Shown piece after piece: positions 41,336-64,000 of a stretch of 64,000 nt of DNA. The stretch is from Sminthopsis crassicaudata. Lineage: Eukaryota. Position numbers and translations under genes: made by a program. Within the stretch, counting starts at the first letter, position 1, and every line of letters starts with the position of its first letter. The notes under the pieces are model-generated. The model was not told the origin of the DNA. It saw only the letters and a list, made by a program, of their open reading frames with translations, and ran no database searches. Location of the stretch: assembly GCF_048593235.1 (NCBI RefSeq), contig NC_133619.1, forward strand, positions 649,490,558-649,554,557, read 5' to 3'.

Positions 41336-42576
41336 AGGCTTGTTTAATTTTTGTTTTAATTAATAATTTTTATTTACTGGATATATGCATGGATAATTTT
41401 ACAATAATGACAATTGCCAAACCCCTTGTTCCAATTTTTCCCCTCCCTCCCCTCCCCCCAGATGGCAGGTTGACCAATACATGTCAAATATGACAGAGTA
41501 TAAATTAAATACAAGACATGTATACATAACCAAACAGTTGTAAACAATTCTTTTCAGTTACTAGATAAAAGCAACTAATCTACTGTAGCCAAATAGTTTT
41601 ATTAGTCATATTAAGAAAAAAAAGGGGAAATTGTTCAATTCAGCCCAATTGGAGCCCTCTGCCCCTAGCCATCCCAAACTCCCTCTACTTCCCTTTTGGG
41701 AAATGCAGGCATTTAGGTAAAGGCCTGTAGGCACTTTCCCAGTAGATGAAGAGGGAATAAAAGGCAGATATATTTGTGTTTGAGGCCCACCCCTGGGCCT
41801 CCATTTACTTCTGTGCCAGCGGACATTCTCCAGCTCTTGGGATCTCTTCTCATTCTTGTCCCCACTTTTGCTCCTGGTCCCTGCAGTTATGTTGGTGGCC
41901 CTAGTGCCAAGAAGCTAAAGCAAATGCAGTAGGCACACCTGGCTAAACGGCCTCTGCAGGCTGGCTAAACCGGGCTGAGGGTAACTGAAAGGCCTCAGAC
42001 CTGGCTCCCTAACACTGCCCGAGGCCTAGTCCCAAAGTCTTTACCCATCCTTACTAGCTGTGTGACTCTGGGAATACAGGGGCCGGGGCCTGGGCCAATG
42101 GGGCAGGAACCTGGGCAATCTCCAACTGTCCCTCAGTGAGGGAGACAGAGACAGCAATGACCAAGTAAGAGATTGGAACTAAGAAAAGAGATCTCTAAGA
42201 GATCAAGAGTCTGAGAGAGAGAGAGAGAGATACTGAGATGGAGACCCACAGAAATTAACAGAATACACAAGGGAAAGTTGGTTGAAGCTCAGAGAGCCCG
42301 TGGGCAGATCTAAGTCACAGCTGAGAGAATGGAGATCTTTTTCTCCCTTTGTAGAGACCACATGCAATTCCTTTTTTTTTTTTTTTTTTAATAGCTTTTT
42401 ATTTACAAAACATATGCATGAGTAATTTTTCAACATTGACCCTTGCAAAACCTTCTGTTCCAACTTTTCTCCTCCTTCCCCCTCCCCCCTCCCCTAGATT
42501 CTTAGGGGCATGAATCCCCTCCTCAATAATGCTGCAGTAGTTTTCCAGTCATGTCTGCCTCTTAAAGATGTTGCTT

Positions 42577-42740
42577 GGGGCAGCTAGGGGGCGCAGTGGA
42601 TAGAGCACCAGCCCTGAATTCAGGAGGACCCGAGTTCAAATCTGGTCTCAGACACTTAACACTTCCTAGCTGTGTGACCCTGGGCAAGTCACTTAACCTC
42701 AACCTCCCCCCCCCAAAAAAAAAAAAAAAAAAAAAAAAAG
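42577..42740 (+). mobile_element. WSINE1-like SINE with poly(A) and TSD
   Basis: Flanked by aaagatgt(tg/ct)cttg repeats. Confidence 0.9.
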
Positions 42741-42959
42741 ATGTCTCTTGAGGTTTTCTTGACCAGTATACTGCAGCACTTTGCCTTTTCCTTCTCTAGT
42801 TTATTTGACAGATGAATAAACTGAGGTCAACAGGAGGAAGTGGTTTGCCCAGGGTCACATGATACAGGGTCTGAGGCTGGATTTGAATCTAAGAAATGGG
42901 GTTCTCTATCTACTGCACCACCTGGTTGCGGGGCCCCCAGGAAGTAGTTTTTCTCACTC

Positions 42960-43985
42960 TGTCTAGTTTTTCTTCAGTTCTTGATGCAGATGCACCACTG
43001 ATGTTCTGGGGAACACTGCTCCCACTGCGATGGGAACTTTGAAAGAGATAAAGATGTCAGGCCTCTCATTAATTGACTAATTGGCATTTCAATGTAGTGT
43101 ATGTACAGCGTATTGCTTTGCCCGCTTCAAGAGCTCCATCAATGTCAGTTATTATTACTGGGGAGGAGAAGGCAGGAGGGAATATGTGAGCTCCTGGCCA
43201 AGGGTTGCTTCTGAGGAACTGAGGAGCACTTTCTGTTGGAGAGGGGTCCATGGCATTCTTCCAGGAGAAGACTTTGCTCAGAGCCTAAATCTGAGCCAAG
43301 TTCCCTTGCTCAGGAAATGTAGGAAGTCTCCAGGATGACCGACTCTTCTCCTGACCGGGTCCAGCCTTTCCCAGTTTGGTCTTCCTACTTCCTGCAGCTT
43401 AGTTTCTGTTGTTCTCCTCTGTGCCCTGACTTACTACTAAACCAAAACAGCATCCCATCTCCCATCTCTACACTTTTGTCATTTGTCCTTCCTCGTAGAA
43501 AAGGACCAATACCAACATGGGGTGCTGTCTCGACTTGTTCCTGAGTCGGATTGAAGGGAGGCAGAGTTGCCCAGAGTTGCCAATCTCACTGCCTCTTCTA
43601 CGGTTATCAAAATCCAATGGCAGGACCAAAGTTAATGACGGGGGACGGTCCAAGATCCAGTGGATGATTTTGGAGTTGCCAAAGCATCCCACAGTGTCTG
43701 CTTCCGTCTCTTCCATGGCCATTGGAAGAAAATGTTCTCATGGGCCCAGGAAGATGAAGGTTGGGGTAGACAGCCCACTAACTCACTGATGGGTCTGAGG
43801 CCTGTTGGTCACTCTCCACCTGGTTTAGCCGATCTATGAGACATTTACCAAAGTGTGGCCACTGCCCAGGCTACTATGCTTCTTGGAACCACAGGAGAGA
43901 GTTGGGTGAATCAGGTGGACACCCATGGTGGAAGAGAAGCCTGAAAAGGGCTGGACAGACTTTCCACCAGAGATGCTGGCTCTTC
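42960..43985 (-). mobile_element. RTE-clade LINE relic (5' region), reverse orientation
   Basis: The minus strand reads ...cctgccattggattttgataaccgtagaagaggcagtgagattggcaactctgggcaactctgcctcccttcaatcc...caagtcgagacagcacc...ttggtccttttctacgaggaagga, which resembles marsupial RTE/RTE-SINE sequence as I recall it. Confidence 0.45.
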
Positions 43986-43989
43986 ATTT

Positions 43990-44715
43990 TTTTTTTTTTT
44001 TTTTACTGTCTTTCATTATTTTTATTTATTTTTTATATTAATTTTATAATTATAACTTTTTTTGACAGCACATATGCCTGGGTAATTTTTTACAACATTA
44101 TCCCTTGCACTCACTTCTGTTCCGAATTTTCCCTCCCCTAGATAGCAGTCTTATACGTGTTAATTATGTTAGAGTACAGCCTAGATACAATATATGTGTG
44201 CAGAAGCGAACAGTTCTCTTGTTGCACAGGGAGAATTAAATTCAGAAGGTAAAAATAACCTGGGAAGAAAAACAAAAATGCAAACAGTTCACACTCCTTT
44301 CCCAGTGTTCCTTCTCTGGGTGTGGATGATTTTTGTCCATCACTGATCAATTGGAACTGAATTAGATCTTCTCTATGTTGAAGATATCCACTTCCATCAG
44401 AATACATCCTCATACAGTATCATTGTTGTTGAAGTATATAATGATCTCCTGGTTCTGCTCATTTCACTCAGCATCAGTTGATGTAAGTCTCTGATGTAAG
44501 TCTCTCCAAGCCTCTCTGTATTCATCCTGCTGGTCATTTCTTACAGAACAATAATATTCCATAACATTCATATACCATAATTTACCCAACCATTCTCCAA
44601 TTGATGGACATCCATTCATCTTCCAGCTTCTAGCCACTATGAAAAGAGCTGCCACAAACATTTTGGCACATTCAGGTCCCTTTCCCTTCTTTGGTATTTC
44701 TTTGGGATATAAGCC
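43990..44715 (-). mobile_element. 5'-truncated L1 (about 720 bp), reverse orientation
   Basis: Poly(T) tail, then ...ttctccaattgatggacatccattcatcttccagcttctagccactatgaaaagagctgccacaaacatt...tttgggatataagcccagtag, an L1 ORF2-end/3' UTR signature. Confidence 0.85.
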
Positions 44716-45189
44716 CAGTAGGGGTGCTGGCCCTTCATAAACATCCCATACTTCCCAGGTTCCAGAACACCTGTGACCCGTACCTAGAGTGCTCTTTTTC
44801 CTTACCAGTAACTCTCAGAATTCCAAATTTCTCTGAAGGTCAGCTTAGAAGCTCCAAGCTGCCTTGCCTGAGCTCACCCTCAAGCTATTTGCTATTTATT
44901 TTGCATATTTATATTTTGGTGTTTTGATATTTTCTGATCCAGGAAAAACCCAGCTGGTTCTCTTCTCCTCACTCCTCACCACTATCCCATTATCCACTTG
45001 GGCAGCAAGTTTCCATTTTTTGTCTCTTTCCCCAGTGGCTGGCACATAGGCACACCATAGATATGTCTCTTGATTGATGGACAGAGCGGAACCTTCAAGG
45101 AATAAAGGGGCTTCAGTAAATAGCAACATAAGAAAAAACCTGGCAGTTACAGAGGACCGTAGAGGAAAGTATGGCTAGAACACAGGACG

Positions 45190-45560
45190 CCTGAAAAAGA
45201 GCGAGGTGAGGTGACATGGGAAGGCAGATGGAAGGCAGACTTTGGAGGGCCTTCGATGGCAGGGCAACGCTAGCATTTCTCACACTTTATCTTATCAGTG
45301 ACCACAGAGGAACGAGATCTGAGCGGGGTTGAGGGAGTTAGCCCAGAAAGATTGTGGAGGCACGATGGGGAGTCTGGAGTCAGGGAGGCCAGTTAGGAGA
45401 CTACTACAATAACTTAGTCAGGAAAAGATGAGGGTCTGAACTTAGGGAGGGACTGTGGGAGTGAATTCACAGCAAGGGCCTCAAGCTGGATCCTGGAAAT
45501 TGAAACAACAGACATTGGCAAAGGGCCCCGCATTGAGGATGAAACTGGGAGGAATGTCGA
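45190..45560 (-). mobile_element. L2 LINE fragment
   Basis: ggaggccagttaggagactactacaataac...gatgagggtctgaac is a typical reverse-orientation L2 motif. A similar fragment lies at ~56930-57050. Confidence 0.55.
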
Positions 45561-47218
45561 TGCAAACTCAAGGTCACTGATGGACAGAGACACTCTGTCC
45601 TCTTCCTCCCCCTCCTCCTCCCTCGCTGTCAGTTTCCATCTCTCTCTGATACTGTCCCTCCTTCCCTCAATCTCTCCTTCTGCCCTGCACCCCCTACTTC
45701 CTTGTTCCCCTTCCTCTCACCATCCCCGATCCCATCTCTCTGTCTCTCCGGCCTCCAGGGTTCACCTTTGTACTTCTCTGTCTCTCTTCCTTCTTTCCCG
45801 TGTCTCCACTCCACACCACACCTCTGACCGCCACCCCGTCTTCAGGTCCTCCTCTGTCTTATAATCCCTCCATTTTTTGTTATGTCTCACTTTATTTCTC
45901 TATTTCTCTGTGTTTCCATCTCTCTCGTTCTTTGTCTCTTTCCATGCTTGGGCTTTCTTTATCTCTGCATCTTTTTGTACCTTTAATTTTCTTTTGAATT
46001 CTGCCTGGGCCTTTCTCTTCCTCTCCCCATTCCCCCATCTCATGTCTCTCTCTGTCCTCAGTTCCGTGTTGCTCTGTTCCTTTGTCCATTTCTCTCAGTA
46101 TGTCTCTGACCCTCTCTTCACTTCTCCATGTGTATCTTCATCCCTCTGAGGCCTCTGAATCTCCATGTCCCTCTGAGTGATCCTCTCCAGCCCTCCGCTC
46201 CTCAGCTCTGTCTATCCCTCTCCCATGTTCAGCCTGGAGAAGAGAAGATTTGGGGAGACATGCTCACTAGCTTCCAGCATTTGAAGAAATACCATGTGGA
46301 GGGGAAATTAGAGCTGGAGGAACAGGTGGCAGTTACGGGGAAGTAGATCGGGGGGTTTGGAGGGGGTGAATGTGAGGAAAAACTCTCTAAGGATGAGAAC
46401 TGTCCCAAAGTGGAATGGATCGCCTTGGGAGATGGTAGGTGCCGTACAGGGAGGGGGGCCCTTTTCTGCCTCTGTTCTAGGTGGGGCTTTCTAGCTAGTG
46501 TGAGGTGGACCAGATGTCCGCCTCTGAGTTTCTAGGATGGGTGCCTCTCCAGCTCTCGGCCGGTCTTCATCTCACTTTCTTTTCAGCGCTCTCTTGCCAT
46601 CTCCCTCCATCTCTCTTTCCATTACTGTCCTTTTTCATTTTTTCCCTCCCCATTTCTGTGCCTCTCCGGGCCTCTTTCCCCATTTTCTCTTCTAGCTCTT
46701 CTCTCTCATTTGGCACTTTGTAGTTCTCCCCTGCCTGTGTCTCCAGCTTTCCAGCCTTCTCTCTCCACGTCGGTCTCCATCCCTCTGCCTTCCCTTTCAT
46801 CTCTCCTTGCCCGGCTCCCTTTTTGTCCCCCTGCATCTCAGCCTTCCCTCTCTCCATTATCTTCCCCCATCTCTTCCTGTCTCTCTTCTCTCCTCCAGCC
46901 GTCTATCGGGCTTTCTTTTTCTCTGCCCAGCCTGCGCTTTGCCATCTCCATCTCGGCATTCTTTCCACGGTCGCACCCCATGCATCTTTCTCTCTTCTCC
47001 ATCCTTTGCTTTCTTTCCATCCATCCTCCCTCCCCTTTTCCTCTCTCCTTGTCTTTCTCCTCCTCTCCCTCCTCCATACTTCTGCCTACCCCTGACTCTA
47101 AGGGGGTCTCCCTCGACTCCCCCCATCCCCACCCCCTCTCGAAAGGGTTAACTGTGGGGAAGGGCCCGGGAGTCCCCGGATGGTGATGTCAGCGGGCGAG
47201 AGAGAAAGGACGCGGTGG

Positions 47219-47366
47219 NNNNNNNNNNNNNNNNNNNNNNNNNNNNNNNNNNNNNNNNNNNNNNNNNNNNNNNNNNNNNNNNNNNNNNNNNNNNNNNNNN
47301 NNNNNNNNNNNNNNNNNNNNNNNNNNNNNNNNNNNNNNNNNNNNNNNNNNNNNNNNNNNNNNNNNN
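47219..47366. other. assembly gap (N run) 330 bp upstream of the BRSK1 ATG
   Basis: 148 Ns. Confidence 1.
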
Positions 47367-47693
47367 GGGGGGGCCGTCGCCTGCAGCATCAGTCGCCCGG
47401 CACCTCAGACCCCCCCAGGCGGGGGAGGCCCAAAGGGGGGGGCGGGTGGGGACGGGCTGGGGAGGGGGGGGCCCCATGGCCCCTCCTGGGGCCTGATCCC
47501 CCCGGGACAGCCCCCCCTCCCCCGGCTCCGCGGGCCCGGCCCCCTGGGGAGCCCCGGGGCGCAGGCGGGGGGTCGGGGGGCCCCGCCCGCCGCCGCCACC
47601 GGCCCCCGCCGCAGGGACAGGAACGGGGCATCAGGCCGGTCCCGAGGGGGAGGCGGCGGCGGGCGGGGGGCCGGGACCAAGGCCGCCGCGGGG

Positions 47694-63059
<15,366 letters not shown>

Positions 63060-64000
63060 GTACGTGGTCCCGGCCTCTCGAGCCTCTTTCTACCTAGCCC
63101 TCTCATTGTGGTTGGGGGTGGGGGCCCAGTCTCAGAAGCTGAAGGCTGGAAGCTGCCACAGAGGCTAGCTAGACCCATTGGTCCATTTTACAGATGAGAA
63201 TACTGAAGAAAGGGAGTGAGATGATAAATGTCAGAGAGGAGGTTTGAACCCTGGTTCTCTACCTGGAGGAGACGGTCCCCTAGTTAGACTGTAAGAAATC
63301 TAAGGCTAATGAGTATAACCCTCCTTCTCTGCCCCTCCCCCCCAGCAGCCGCCCTAGGACCCCACAAATTGGCTTGAGCTTCTTCCCCACCTCCCACTCA
63401 CCTATGGAAATTTGTTAGGGAGAGACCCTTACCCTCTAGGAAATCTCCCTCATCCCTTATTCCAGGATGGGGATGGATAGGGGAAGATTGGCAGTGGGAA
63501 CTACAACTCCCATCCTGCTTTGGGGCCACCTGCCTTCTTTGTCTGGCCTGATGGGAGTTGTAGGCTTTGTCAGAAATTCCCTCCTCCGAGGTTTGTGGAT
63601 GAGGATAATACCCTTGTGCGGCCACTAGGTGGCGCCACACTGCACACAGCAGCCATTCTGGAGTCAGTCCTGAGTTCAAATCCAGCCTTGGACACTTCCC
63701 AGCTATGTGACTGGGCAAGTCACTTCCACCCTGCCTGCCTCAGTTTCCTCATCTGTATAATGAGCTGAAGGAAGAAACGACTCCATCCCCAAATGGGGCC
63801 ATGGAGAGTCCCCCATAAGGTCCTCGTGGAGGCTGAGGCCATTGGGTCGTCCTGGCGCTGGGGCCGTGGGGAGCCTGGTGCCCCTGGGGCCCAGAACGCT
63901 GCAGGCTCATTGGTCAGCCCGGCGGCTCCGCTTCCGCCTGGGAGGGCTGTGGATTGCAGGGCCAGAGGTGGGCAGAGGGCTGGGGAAGGTGAGCGACAGG

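Noticed and set aside
33100-47100. Remnants of HSPBP1, ISOC2, C19orf85 or other expected neighbours
   Set aside because: I recognised no exon-like sequence. The short ORFs map to L1, L3, RTE, L2, SINE or LTR fragments. A tBLASTn search would be needed to exclude highly decayed relics.

Overview
This is vertebrate DNA, not prokaryotic. The abundant short CORE-type SINEs (ggggcagctaggtggcgcagtggatagagcacc...), L1/L3/RTE relics and ERV solo LTRs point to a marsupial, probably a dasyurid; that assignment is inferred from repeat recognition. The window is syntenic with human 19q13.42. It holds five protein-coding genes, whose exons I reconstructed by hand from splice sites and recalled human proteins. 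They are the 3' part of SBK2 (+), complete SSC5D (-, 13 coding exons, 1590 aa), NAT14 (-), ZNF628 (-, one 1100-aa coding exon) and exons 1-16 of BRSK1 (+, 3' end outside the window). There are six assembly gaps and many minisatellites. I found no new biological system, CRISPR array or RNA gene. The main oddities are: (1) a 2-bp insertion that frameshifts BRSK1 exon 2 in an otherwise intact gene; (2) ZNF628 and BRSK1 lying head-to-head 15 kb apart, unlike the human/mouse order; (3) a duplicated seven-finger array in ZNF628 whose eighth finger is intact here but degenerate in the human protein as I recall it; and (4) SSC5D with lineage-specific basic and acidic 16-aa repeats, one PWxWD exon instead of two, and a conserved Cys/coiled-coil/RGDV tail. 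All comparisons with human come from memory and need checking by alignment.
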